The notes below the pieces were generated by a model. It was not told the origin of the DNA, searched no databases, and saw only the letters and a list, made by a program, of their open reading frames with translations. From Azolla caroliniana (lineage: Eukaryota; Plantae; Polypodiophyta): 64,000 nucleotides of DNA. Shown one piece after another: positions 11,400 through 24,709 of the stretch. The position numbers were made by a program, and so were the translations under genes. Location: positions 10,726,001 through 10,790,000 of the forward strand of contig JBHGNT010000020.1 in the NCBI GenBank assembly GCA_043228905.1, read 5' to 3'. Each line of letters opens with the position of its first letter. Positions within the stretch are counted from its first letter, which is position 1.

Positions 11400-13330
11400 A
11401 AGTGCCAGACACATGCCCCGATTAAAGCATACACTAGATCAGTGATAGATTAGTTAATTCTTCCTCTCAAGGTTGTGTATTTCTATATAAATTGCCAATG
11501 TCTCTCCACAAGGTTGGTATGTCAACATGGACATCCATATGCAAATAATCTCCCAAACTTGGGCCATAGATTCCTCCAAACACAATTGCTCCACACTATC
11601 CTCCTATAAACTCACAAGCTCCAGCTTTGTCCTTATATTCTTGCATGACCTCCTTACAGACAACATTAGTTGACACACGTGTTGATAGAGCTAGTTTCTT
11701 TAAGCAGCTCATATTTGGGCAAGAGTTAGCAACCCATGCTTTTTTAGCATGGAACATACACAATGCATTATGGCACTTAGGTTGTGATCGTTCACCATCC
11801 ACAGTAATCAAACCTTTGATGGTCTTGAGTAATAACATTAGATATGGCATTATATTCTGTCCAAGATTTATCAAAAACATTAGATATGACATTGGCCTCA
11901 CACTTGGCATCCTTGCAAATATAATTTTCAAGCCAGTTTCTAATTGTATTTGTTCATGATTTGAGTCCCAATCAGAACTACAAATCATATCCCATAGTGG
12001 GATTCAGATACCCATAGCATTCCGTGCAATTATTGCATATAATGAGAAACTGAATTGATTCGGTTTGAATGTGGAGGCAATCACCCAAGAGTTCTCTTGT
12101 GACAATCACTAACACATTTCTAACGTCCATTTATCTTCAAACTATCAAGATAAATAGTTGTAGGGTTGGAGATCCATTTGAATCAATCAACTATGGCTGG
12201 ACATGTGCCACTTTCCTTTGCTCTTTAAGTGCTTGCATCATTGAAGACCATTTATCTTTCAACAATGCACTTCCTATTTTAGCCTATTAGCCATATTATG
12301 CACCTGCTTTGGTATCATAAAGAATCTAAAAGAAACAAGTTCTAATGGACTAGCCTTAGACTGGTGAGTTTTTTTTTCGCATGCCCAACTTGGCAACAGC
12401 CTTGCACACCCAACATCTGTGCAACATCAAACAAGTCATCTTTGCAATAACTTATTACATTGGGATGGTTTGGCAAATTATACACATAAGGTTTCGTTTC
12501 TTGGGACATGACCACTATGACAACCGTATACATAAATTTTCAAGATCCCATGTTTAACCCCTTCATTTGGTCTTATGTTCACATGAAATTTACATTCACA
12601 ATGCTCTTTGGCCTTCGAGTGTAGCCGATCAATCGTCGTGGCACCTATGCGATGGCAATCATATCTCGACACATGTTTACCTTTTTGGGCCCTTTTCTGC
12701 AAGCATGCATGATACTTTAATCTCAGGAAGAGTATCATTTCTCTTACATGCTTCTACCTCAATCACTCCTGTGGGACTTGTAGACTGTAGTCATATCATA
12801 TTTGCTTACACTTGTGCCCAACATTTCAGTTGTGTAGCCTTTATGTACATCAATCAGCAACCATATAAATCAATTACAGATTTTATGTATACACTAGATA
12901 TTCCATGATTGTAAAGGTCCATGGTGCAATGCTTCTTTAACTCCATAATGTGTAAGTCCAAGATGGGCTGACTCAACATGTGCTTGCATAACTATATTCT
13001 CCATTGTTCAATGTATGATACTTTTAGATGTGGCAATGACTTTAAGTAAATTGGATATCATTATTTAGTGCGAGTCAACGCGTCATTCGCCTCCATGCGT
13101 TCAAATTGAATGTGCTCCTTGTGCCAAATCTTTCAAATTATCAACTGTGACCTTAAGCACTCCAAATAAATCATTAACCATGAATTCATAACTAAATGTC
13201 AAGTGATCCAAGTAACTCCCAAATGCTTCATTAATATTGTCCTTAGACTCGTCATCTTCGGATCTCATAGATGAGTTTGAATTTGATGAAGTTTCCTCCA
13301 TTTCAAATTTTGACGCAAATTATAATCTTC
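11400..13330 (-). mobile_element. Decayed MULE/Mutator-like transposase
   Basis: Fragments RYDCHR...CECKFHV...YGCHSGH (WRKY/GCM1-like zinc finger) and ITVD...ALCMFHAKKAW (MULE CxxH motif); frameshifts and stops. Boundaries approximate. Confidence 0.6.
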
Positions 13331-13659
13331 CTTTTCCGCAGAACAATTACAAATCCTTTGCTTGTGTTGAATCACCTGAACTGATATGATACCATATTGC
13401 AAATGTTCTAAGATTTTTCAAATTCTTCTCTATGCTCAAACATTCAAAATCTTGGATGTATCAAACTTTGAATCTATGAATCTCAGATTATGTATGATCT
13501 TTGCAGTTTTTGGTCTCTGAATATGTGTGATCTTTGAAGTTTTGGTCAATGACTATGTGTGATCTTTGAAATCTTTGGTTTCTTTGAAACTGACATGATA
13601 GTAATTTGCCAATATTCCAAGATTTTCAAATTCTGCTCTGCACTTGAATATTCAATTTG

Positions 13660-14180
13660 TTTTGGAGGGTTAGATGCAGACAGCTGGATTAGTTTGGGTG
13701 GGCTAGATGTATGTAGCCAACTGGGTTAGAAAATTGGGCAAAGTTAGATAGATGTAGGTAGCCGGTTATGTAAATATATTGACCAGGTTAGATGCAGGCA
13801 ACCTGTTTGGAAAATATATCACCTGGGTTAGATGTAGGCAGCCAGGTTAGGATATATGTCAGCTAGATCAGGAAATTCCTATCTGGAATATTCAAAAATA
13901 ATTGGAAGGTTAGATACCAATAGGCTGATAAGTTTGGCCTGGCTAGATGTATGTAGCCAACTAGGTTAGAAATTTGGACCAGGTTAGATAGATGTAGGTG
14001 GCTGGGTTAGTAAATATATTGACCTGGTTAGATGCAGGCAACTGGATTAGAAATTTATCAGCCGGATTAAATGCAAGCTGCTAGGTTAGAAAACATATTG
14101 GCAAGGTTCGAATAAACAGGCTAGGTTAGTTGCTGGCATGCTGGGTTAAAAAATAATATCAGCTGGATTAGAAATGACTG
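13660..14180. repeat. Degenerate short tandem repeats (GGTTAGATGTAGGCAGCC-like) with a higher-order ~240-bp duplication
   Basis: Recurrent GGTTAG(A) motif; ~13685-13830 resembles ~13925-14070. Possibly subterminal repeats of the adjacent DNA transposon. Confidence 0.6.
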
Positions 14181-15190
14181 AATGCCTAATTAATATTTGG
14201 TTGCAGATAGACAAGCGTTGCATATACATTTTTATCCACGTGTTTCACTTGACAAGAAACAACACCAAGGCCCAGAAACACTGTTTCAAGCCTTTGGCAG
14301 CCATTACCTGCAAATATGAGCTGATTGGGATCCAATGGGCCCTCAATTCTTCTCAGTGTTTGTAGCGATCATTGAGGATCTATTTGTATTTGTGAAAATT
14401 TTGCTCCTTTTCACTCACATTTGTGATGCCTGTGTCATGCATATACCCTTGTTAGGGATATTGGTGAGAATAGCCTTTAGTCTCACTGAATGACCCTACT
14501 AATTGTTAACCTGCAGTGTTTTTGCATTACTTTGAAGCTGGTACTAGGTACATCTGGATTCTCAATGAGAATCTATATCTTTGTTAGTGACACTGGTTAG
14601 AATAGCCTTTACTCTGAATTAATGGCCCTACTATTTGTTAACCTGCAGTGTTTTTGCATTCTCTTGAAAAGTGTTCATCTGAACCAAGTCCTTATTGCAC
14701 ACCAAAGTGGATGCATTGTATCTCTCTTCAAGAAGGGAACTTTAAAAATCCTAGTTCTTATTGCACGCGCAGTGAGAAGCATTGGACATATTTTTTCGTC
14801 CCCACTTATTGCATGATAATAACTTTTAACAAGATGGACACACGTTTTTGGAGTCATTTTTCATCTTTTCAGTTGGCCAGATGTTCCAAGAAATTTGAGT
14901 GTTTTTTGCATTTCTTTGAAGCTGGTACTAGGTACATCTGGATTCTGAATCAGAACCTATATCTTTGTTAGGGATACTGGTGAGAATAGCCTTTACTGTA
15001 ACTGAATGGCCCTACTATTAGTTAACCTGCAGTGTTTTTGCATTCTCTTGAAAAGGGGACATTCTGCCAAACCTAGTCCTTATTGTACACACTGAAATGC
15101 ATTGGACACAGCTTTTTGTCCCCAATTATTGCTTGATAATGACTGTAACAAGATTGACACACATTTTTCGAGTCATTTTTCATCTTGTAG

Positions 15191-15997
15191 GTTGGCCAGA
15201 TTTTTCAAAAATTTGACTGTGCTGGTAATAAGGATGGTGGGATTGTTCAAAATGTGGTAAGATGGAGTGTGCCTGGTTTTCTGCAGGTGAGTAACGAGTT
15301 TATCTCAATTTGTTAAGTATGTAAATATCTGAAGAACACTGTCTAAGTCCTTCTCTAACTGCCATGAGAAGGAGGATTCTGACGGTGCAACCTTGATAGT
15401 CACTGCAAAATTCACTGTGGTAGGTTCAAGGAACATTGCCTTGCAATTTGAAGAAGTGAGTTGCTGCTACTTGAACAACAATCTTAATCATATCTTACTT
15501 GACTTCCTTGGTGTTACAGATTATTTATGTCTTCTATTTATATAACAGGCAGCTTTCGGTGGTTTACTGGTGAGTGAAGAATTACAAGCATTGATTGCTC
15601 CAGCATTCTTGCCTCACACGTTTTTTGCCTTGGAGGTACCACTTAATAATATACTGTTTCTCCAAATTTCTGACATACGATCATGTTTGCTTGAACTGTT
15701 GTATTTGTATTGTAGGTTTTGCAATTCATCCGAGGTTTCAATGCACGGTTTCCTCTTAGATCCAGTAACGGAGCAGGATCCAATGAAGAAAAGAGAAGGT
15801 GAGAATTAAACCAGGAAATACTCTGAATTCTAAAGAGAGTATTCGACTTGACTTGATGGTATCTTTCCTATTGCAGGACCCCATTGGGACTTCTATACTA
15901 CATTTCGTTTGTGGACAACGATATGTTGATAGGAAGAACCCTTGGAGGCGGGGGAGTATTCATTTTTAGTAAAACTCAACCTCTCCAGTCCTTCTGA
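15191..15997 (+). pseudogene. FBN8: Plastid lipid-associated protein / fibrillin 8 (PAP10-like): five intact 3' exons, 5' half degenerate
   Basis: Exons 15191-15286, 15372-15455, 15549-15635, 15716-15798, 15877-15997 splice in frame (GT-AG) to VGQIFQKFDC...GATLIVTAKF...SEELQALIAPAFLP...LYYISFVDNDMLIGRTLGGGGVFIFSKTQPLQSF*, matching my recollection of the Arabidopsis At2g46910 C-terminal half. No intact upstream exons found. Confidence 0.8.
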
Positions 15998-18227
15998 GCA
16001 GAATTGTGTTTGCAACCCAATGCCTACTGACATGTTTTCTGTATCAATGAACAAATTGTATGCAATGTTTATAACAAAGAATTGTATAGATTAATGATAT
16101 GCACAATTCTTTAGCATTCTTTATGTAGTTCAGGGTAACCTCACATCTAAATAGAATTGAGTGAGAATATCGTTCTGTTTGGTGATGTGCATCATACCAT
16201 TGATCTCATCAGAGTCGAATGCTACATTATTTACATTTGGTGAAGTGGATCACTGTAATTCGTGGTTGAAGGGTTCCTTTGTGAACTAATTTATGAGTAG
16301 CCTTTCAGAGGAAAACCTGTGTCATGTATTGTCTAATGTCAAGCAAATGTCTTTAACTGATTGTTCCGGTAGGTTGCTTAGTGATGCAGCTATCTTATTA
16401 CGTGAGGCAGTTTAGCGGCCTATTACTCCATTACAATGAGTGCCACTCATTCTTGGGCTGTCAACATCTTCGGTTTGGATAGATAGCCATGCCAAAATAT
16501 CTTTACTATTACCCATCACTTTTGAGTGTTAAAACATGTTTTGCTTCTCTTAAGAAATTGTCAAATGTAAAGCTTCTCTTAAGAAATTGTTGCATATCTT
16601 TTGCTTCATATTTAGGAAAGATTTCTGAGGAAGAAGTATGGTTTGCAAAAGGAGAAGGATTAGGATTAGGGTTTTCATGGAATTAGAAGCACAGAGTCGT
16701 GAAATGTGAGTAAAGCATATAACCTTTTAGGTGTTTTCTTTAGTTGGACACTCATGTGGTTCCCGGTTATCCCCTCTTAATATGTCATCGTAGCTTTCAC
16801 AAATTCCATTATATGCTGAGAAAGTCAAAAGCAAGTGATGTCATCCTCAATGAGACCTCCATTGTATGTGTGACATGCAATTATATTTGATGTATTAGGG
16901 TGCTATAATGCAACATCAATACCTAGCTTATGTGATCAAATGAGTGTGAGGGCTCTACAAGAGTTAATACTAATGTTACTTACACAATCAATATGCATTC
17001 TTACCTTATATGTATTGAACCCAATGTTCAAGGTTGATTTTTGCAACGTAATATTCTAATTGTCCTTTTAGAATCTTCTTTGGTCTTCCTTACTAATTTC
17101 ATTAACCTCTTCCTCAATGACTACATATTGCATAACATTGATTTTAGAGCTCAAAGAGAGCTTCTACACCTATCTTTTACCCCATCTAACCAACTAGATG
17201 AAATAATTCTGCTCTTGCGATTCTTTTGTAGCTTACAAACACTCCAAGCAAGCTCATTCTCATGTGACGTCAGTCTCTACCCTTGTCCAGTTGTCCTCTA
17301 TGCTACTATGTCCAGTGGCTAACATCCTACTATTGACAAATTTTAGAGACTAACTTCTTATCAAACTACATGTCTAGCCGTGAGATCCCAAACCTAGTAT
17401 GCTTACACAATTGGCTTATGACTCCCAAAGCTAACCATTCCATAAAATCTTATCCTCACATACCTTAATCATCTCTAAACCAATGTTCTTCATCTGACAC
17501 TCTGCAAGGTATTATACAGGCGCCCTAAACTCCCACGTGCAAGGCTTCTTCAAATGGTCTCTTACAATACGACGGAGAAAAAGTCTTTAGCTTACAGCTC
17601 ATGAAGGTGAGTTTGATTCCAACGACCCAAGAAAGAGGCCAAAAAAATAGACTTCAAGGATGAGAGATTCTGCATATTCTTCCCCTTCACCACATATGAT
17701 TCCAAATTTTTCCCTTTTGCCACATGTGATTCCAAGTTTTTCATTTGGGTGCTTTCTATGGTTACCCTGCATTTAGATGTTTTCAATCTGTGCTACGGGA
17801 ATATCTATTTATCATGCCAAACATGATTTTCCATTTCCATCTTGGCGAACATGTTTCTCCACCTAGTCAATTAAAGTTCCCTTCACAATAATTCACTTGC
17901 TCTTCAGTGTTTTGTAAGTTTACTAGGCAATTATCTCATTAATCTAGCAAGAAATAATAATTACAAGAACTAAGTTATTCATTACAAGAAATCCAAGTTT
18001 TTTAAAATTTTGGCTACATTTCACACCTTAAAACTAGCAAACTTAAAAGTGCCTATTTGGTATACCACGAAATGCATACATTTGATAGAGCTCTCCACCC
18101 AATGATCTGGTTGATCTTACAAGACTATTAATTACAAGCTGAATAATTCATTACAAGAAACACAAGATTTTTAAAAGAACACCTATATATCTAGCAAAAT
18201 TTTGATATATTAGGAAACACATACAAT

Positions 18228-18263
<36 letters not shown>

Positions 18264-18456
18264 ACCGTCTTTTAAGAGGCCAAAATGGCCTATAAGACCA
18301 AACAAGAGATTACATCTTAAGTGTTGTCTTGTCTTTGAGAATGAGAGTGAGAGAGAGAGAGAAAGAGAGAGACAGATACTAACGTCTTTTAAGAGGCCAA
18401 AAACGCCTATAAGACCAAACAAGAGATTACATCTTAAGTGTTGTCTCGTCTTTGAG

Positions 18457-18512
<56 letters not shown>

Positions 18513-18968
18513 TCAACATCCATAAGAGACTGATTGCAATCTATGAGACGAAAGGCATTTTAGGCTCCCAAAAGGCTACTGTTGCACCAAAATAAAGGTT
18601 CTAGAAAGTATAGAAAAGAAAGGTTCTATAAAACAAAGATCATTATACCTTTTTCCATTTAGTTCAATGTGAACATGTCTCCCGTGTGGGCAAAACTTTG
18701 GGGAAATACATCATTATATGGTATTTCAACAGCAAAATAAAAATAAAAATAAAAACTGTTGGGGGTTTTAACATTTTCAATTGTCGGTGCATATATTGGA
18801 CCTTGATCCCATTGTGCATTTCAGGAAACTAACCACTCATTCTTTAAATTAAGTATATTCCCAGAAGCCGTTTGATTCCATTGTGCATTTCCGGAATATA
18901 ACCACTCACTCTTTGAACTAAATATATTCCCAGAAGCCGTTTGATGAGATCACTGGAAGCTTTCCCAC

Positions 18969-21900
18969 TTAGAATATGTGTACAATATCATAGGCAAACC
19001 TGAACATAATTAAGAAAGCACAAGGTCTTATGAAATCACCAAATAAATAAATAAAAATAACTTCTTCCAAGAGGTTGCCAAAGGATACGTCCAGAATAAC
19101 ACAAAAGACTGCAAATGGAAGAATATAAAAAATTAATTAGATCTTTCAAAGTATAGCATGGAGTTGTACAATAAATTTTTATTGCATCTACATGGTGATG
19201 TTTAGTTGATTTACACAATTTGTTATTACTTGAAAAGACAAAGCAATTACAGATTGTCAATGAACTGATCTAATTGCACACAATTTGCAATTTCTTCTTG
19301 AAAAGACAAAGGGCTTCCAAGGTGACAATGGACTAATCTAGTTGAAGACAATTTGTTATTTCTTGAAAAGACAAAGAGATTCCTGGATGTGAATGGACTA
19401 ATCAGGTTAAACCCATGTTTATGCCCCTCAAAAGAAACTCAAATACCCCAGGAAAAAGAGTGGAAATCATAAAAAATTTCATTTCCAGACACTAATACTA
19501 CTGCAAGACATTTGACCTTAAGAGCAAGTTAAGGCTCAACCATCTCATCTATAACAGTTCACCATTATCAAGCTCTGATAAATCTAGAACATATAAATTT
19601 CGAAGTCAAGTGCTTCATAAGACATTAAAGTCAATAGTCAACAATATAATATTTCTTTACGTGGGCATACAGAAAGGATTAGGAAGCACTGAAAATATAG
19701 AACATGATAAATGAACAGCATACCATTAAACCAGCTGTCAAGCCATCTATAGTTACACGATTCCATGAGTCAAAGAATTTGTTGATATTAAATCCAGCTT
19801 TAACTGTCACAGCTGCAGAAGTGATCATCATGATGATAAAATAGAACAGAAATCCTGTGATGCTTGTTAGACCTAATATTCCTGCAACAACCCCACCTAC
19901 AATAGAAAGAAAGGTGCGGCTGCAAACAACCAACATGAGAATAATAACTAAGCATAAGAACATAATTACATAAGAAAAAGACATTTGTTAAAATAATGTG
20001 CATAATGCATTGGTAAAGATACACAATCAAATCAAGTAGCAATGAAATCATTAGTGGATCTTAGACTAGGGCTCTCGAGAACATCCAACTAATCAAATCT
20101 TTGAATGTCTTGGCATGAAACCAGAAAGGGAGGGTTGTCAATCAATATGTATAGAAGAAGGATGAATTATGCACATCAAGAGCTGCTAGTATCACCTAAT
20201 ACTTGAATTCCCAATCTGAAGAGAATCTCATGCTATTAACGAAAGAGAAATCAGAATAATAGCATAGAGGGATTTGGGGCTCTACAAGAGAGTGTCTTAT
20301 ATGTCAAAGGACATAAAGTGTCTGACCAGACTTTCTCTTATAAAACGGATTTTATTAAACATAAATTCACCCTTCACTGCCAATTTTTATCCACTGACCA
20401 CTACCAGTGTCCATTATGTTTTTAGGTTGATTTTGACAGATTCATGCACTGGGTTATGATGTGCATTGTGCAGTGACTTATCTTACTAAAGAAACTTCAG
20501 GCGCAGTAAATATCCATACGCCAGGTCAGTTGACATGAGATCTAGACCGAAGGAGTTTGGGAAGAGATTATATGGGATGCTATGATTGATCCAAATCTTT
20601 CTCTCGGGCATTAATCCTGGAGTCTCGCAATATACAAGCAGAAAGTCGCAATTCCAAAGGACTCAGTAGAGCTAAAAATGGATGCTAAACTGGAGCGAGG
20701 TGATGCTCTCAATCTTCGGACCTGGACCTACCAAGTAAGCTCCCTTAACTCATGGCTAAAACAATTCATATGGCTATTTTTAAAATAAGAATTCACCATG
20801 AGATAGGTCCCAAGTAGAGCTAGATCCCAAGATTCCTAAGGAAAGATTAATTGCAAATAACTACGCAGTATACAATGTTTCCTGCATAGTTCATAGATTC
20901 CAGAATAGAAAACACTCTCTCAATCCCCACTGCTAAAAATTTGAATTGTGAATACCTAATCTTTACTGAAGCAAAAAGAGAACAGATGTACATCCTGCAC
21001 TCACACCAAGCAAATACGTCATTTCTCTCACATAAATATGTAGGTTCTCTAGTCCAATGCTAAAAAGTTGCCAAAAAATTGTTTGACTGTGAAACTTATA
21101 GATCACACTGAAGATCTGATGTATTGTGTTAAAAATCCACTATAACAGAATATTGAGACCCAGGTACTCAACTTTAAAATAGTTTATCATCTACTGCGCG
21201 AAGTAGGAATGTCTGAAATCATAATGACGAGAATGTTGAACTCAACCAAACTAGGTTCTGCCTACAGCATATGAAGATAAGTCTGAAATTGAAAGAACTA
21301 GTTTCTGTAAGATAAAATGTCTCAAAAAAGAAAAGAATATGTTTCTATCAACAAAAGGATTTTTTTGAAACGTATGGAACCAAAAGAAATCAGTTGCTGC
21401 ATGAAACAAATATTGCAGTAACTGAAGCTCCTTTCTCTGATGTATAAAAATCGAAAAAAAAGGATGAAGAAACATCAGTAATCAGAGCAATACAACAGGA
21501 TAAAGCATAACCTGAGCTGGAAAAATGTTTTCTGTGTGAAGAACAGTCTGCAAACAAAGGAGATCCTTTCTGTCCGCAAAAAGACAAGAAATGTCTGAAA
21601 TCAAAGAAACTGGTCTTTGTTTGAAATTAGAGAGAATGTTTATGTATTGAGGAACGTTTCAAATCGATAGAAATCTGGTTTTTTCTATCTATAAAGAAAA
21701 CGATCAAGAAATCTATGAAATCCAATCGAAAAGAACTCATATATTTCTGCATAAAAGGAGGAGATGATGAAATGAGTGAGGTCGAAGAAAGAAGAACGTG
21801 AAATATCTATCAAATATAAGCGAAAAGTGAGTGAGTGTGTCTGTGTGTGTCTGTGTGTGTCTGTGTGTGTGTGAGAGAGAGAGAGAGAAAGAGAGAAAGA

Positions 21901-22009
21901 GAGAAAGAGAAGAAGAGGTGGAACATGAGGAGCACCTGTAGTATATGGTCTTCATGTTGTGCTGGATGTTCTCTGCACTGAAGAGAGGCAGCTCACCTGT
22001 GCTCGCCAT
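18969..22009 (-). CDS. EMC6: ER membrane protein complex subunit 6 (Rab5ip family)
   Basis: Exons 22009-21936, 19919-19724, 19108-19089, 18999-18969 give MASTGELPLFSAENIQHNMKTIYYSRTFLSIVGGVVAGILG...GLMSFVLFWTFAYDIVHIF*; canonical splice sites. Confidence 0.93.
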
Positions 22010-22135
22010 AGCCAAGATCTGAAGAAGAAGAAGACGAAGAAGAAGAAGAAGAAAAGCAAACACAGAGACAAGACATATATGTATGTATGTATGTATAAAT
22101 AATATGTGAAGAATTACGACGTACCCCTGACTGCG

Positions 22136-22350
22136 TTTGTTCTATATTTCCCCAAATACCCCTTCGTTTTCTATATTTCCTAATTTTACCCTTGTCTTTT
22201 TCTATATTTCCCAAAATACCCTTGCTTTTTTCTATATTTCCCGAAATACCCTTTCCTTTTTCTATATTTCCCGAAATACCCTTTCCTTTTTCTATATTTC
22301 CCGAAATACCCTTGCCTTTTTCAATATTTCCCAGAATACCCTTGTCTTTT
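22136..22350. repeat. ~30-bp minisatellite, about 7 copies (TTTTCTATATTTCCCGAAATACCCTTNCCT)
   Basis: Direct tandem units just upstream of EMC6. Confidence 0.9.
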
Positions 22351-22589
22351 TCTTTCCTTCCCCAAAATGCCCCCTTTCCCTCCTTGGGGGAAGAAAACTA
22401 ATAAGATCAAAATTGTCTCGTTTGGCTAGGTGCTTAACATTATGAAATGGTTTAAGAGATGGGGGGGCGGGGAGTAAAATATCTATTGGAACTCTAAGGT
22501 GATGCTATGAAGTTATGTGATCATCGAGGCTAAATTACCAAGGGCACTACGGTTAAAGTGGCCAATTGCTAAATTTGTCAACATTGAAC

Positions 22590-22937
22590 TATCAATCGGC
22601 AACAGTTCGAATCGATTTAGTTTAAATGGTTTGAAATTGTGGTTAAAACTGTTAGATGGTTTATAAAATTTTTAATAGTTTTTTTGAACAACCTTTTCAT
22701 TTTTAAGTCTAATTCCCATATTTTAAGGAAAAACTTTAAATTTTGAAAAATTTGGAATTTGAAATAATCAAAACTTAACATTACAATTTTGAATTTTGAC
22801 GTAAGTTGAAAACTGAAACTACGGTATTAACTATTCTATTAAAAGGGTTTCGTGGTTCGGTTCACTTCAAGTTTCAAACTTTCTAAACGGTTCGGTTTTG
22901 AAAATCTCGAACTGAACCGAACCATTGCCAATTGTTA
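22590..22937. mobile_element. MITE of the GGTTCGGTTC/AACCGAACC-rich family
   Basis: Imperfect TIRs ...CAATCGGCAACAGTT / AACCATTGCCAATTG; homologous to 46830-47215. Confidence 0.6.
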
Positions 22938-23426
22938 ATATTAAGCCCTGATATAAGGGAAAAAATGCAAAACATATCCGACCACATCTCACTACCCCCA
23001 TGAGCCTTGGCTCTCAGAGAGCCTTAACACTTCGTCGAACTCGCTCACACAAGTTTAGGTGTTGAGGTAGAATCATGGCATCATCATGCAAACATGAAGA
23101 TATGCAAAGGTATACAATGAAAACCTAGTGGAGGATGAATATCATTTACTTATCGTATGCTCACGTGTAAGGTATATATTGTCAGATACGATGACTTTTG
23201 TTAAATAGGTTAGATGATGTGAGTGTCATACTCAAATTTCCATCATGAAGGCTGAGCACATATGCACATGCGTTATTTTCACATCAAGAGTTTTTACAAC
23301 AAAATAGTAACTTCCCTTCTTAGGAATGAGTTGCGCACAATATGATATGTTGATTTGGTCTCATAGATCAAAATTTGCCTCATCATACAGGGGGATAAAA
23401 TCAATCTCTCTCTCTCTTTGATTGTG

Positions 23427-23618
23427 ATTAGCTTACCTTAGTGGTAAGTCATTAACACTATTAGTTCATCTTGGGTTCGAAACCCAATTTTCTCACCTCT
23501 TAGTTACTCCATAGATATCTCCTATTTCACTAGATGCCATTGTGGAATGTAGGGGTTGAACCCATGACCACCTGGTCTCCATTGGGCAACCTTACCAACT
23601 AAGCTACATCCATCTGGG
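23427..23618. mobile_element. tRNA-derived SINE-like element (further copies 23625-23720, 23737-24350 split by a MITE, 58621-58803)
   Basis: Minus-strand A/B boxes TAGCTTAGTTGG / GGTTCAACCC, plus a second plus-strand A/B-like pair TACCTTAGTGG / GGTTCGAAACCC; copies abut (TC)n tracts. Confidence 0.65.
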
Positions 23619-23761
23619 CTCTCTCGTAATTAGCTTACCCTAGTGGTAAGTCGTTTTCATTATCACCACTACATCTTGGGTTGAAAACCCAATTTTCTCA
23701 CCTCTCTATTACTTTACAACTCTCTCTCTCTCTCTTGGTGGTAAGTCATTTACATTATTAG

Positions 23762-24250
23762 TAGCAATGGGCCCGATTTTGGCTCAAACCAAACCGATCT
23801 GTTAAGCCATGGTTTAAAGGTTTATAAGTTCCAAAATAATTAAATGGTTTGGTTTGGTTCTGAAAATGGGGTTTGTCGGTTTATAGGTTATTGGGATAAC
23901 TTTTTTTATCCCTTAAACGTTTATGTAATTTAATGGTTTAATTAATGTTTTTTTATTGATTTAATTAATTAACTAATTAAACGTAAATGTATATTTAATC
24001 TAGTGTATTTTTTATTTATTCAATTTTTAAATTAGTTTGGCTTTAATGTGGTTAGGTTTAAACATTTTACTAAATGGCTCGGTTTGGTTTCAACTTTTCC
24101 CTAAACGGTCTTGATTTAAATAGTTTGGTTTACCTTTTCTTGAATGGTTTGGTTTAATGGCTTGAAAGTTCATAAATAGTTTGGTTTGGTTTTTGTTTTA
24201 TATAAATGGCTTGGTTTCAAGGCAAAGAAATTGAACCGGGCCCATTGCTA
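23762..24250. mobile_element. hAT-type MITE
   Basis: Perfect 14-bp TIR TAGCAATGGGCCCG / CGGGCCCATTGCTA; 8-bp TSD ATTATTAG (23754-23761, 24251-24258). Confidence 0.9.
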
Positions 24251-24709
24251 ATTATTAGCATTACATCTTGAGTTCAAAACCCAATTTTCTCACCTCTCTA
24301 TTACTTTATAGATATCTCTTATTTCACAATATGCCATTGTGGAATCCTATCTCTCTCTCTCTCTCTCTTTCACTCTAGTGTTAACTCTTGCAAAGCCATA
24401 ACATTCCCTTGTACTTGATCAAACAATCTAGGCATGTTAGTAAATGTAAGGAAGGCTAGTAAACGATGACAATCACTTGCTTTTTACATGCTCTACATAT
24501 AGTGCAATTTGTGAAAGTTATGATGGTATATTAAGTGGGGGTGATGACTTGAGTGTCGCACTAAAGAGAACATATAGATGATTGAGTTGATTGAGCTTAT
24601 ATGCGTGTGTTTTATTCACACATCGAGATTTGGTTCTTCAAAATATGAATATCTCTTCTTAGGAAGGAGAGACGCCTCAAGATAACTTTTGTACTTAGGT
24701 CCCATGGGT

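Noticed and set aside
11008-11445. 145-aa plus-strand ORF
   Set aside because: No recognisable motif; lies antisense to the 3' region of the MULE-like relic.
22136-22445. CRISPR-like or coding interpretation of the 30-bp repeats
   Set aside because: No unique spacers, no cas genes, eukaryotic context; the ORFs are repeat artefacts.
23540-23612. Functional tRNA gene
   Set aside because: Anticodon arm is irregular and the sequence is part of a dispersed repeat; treated as SINE-like.
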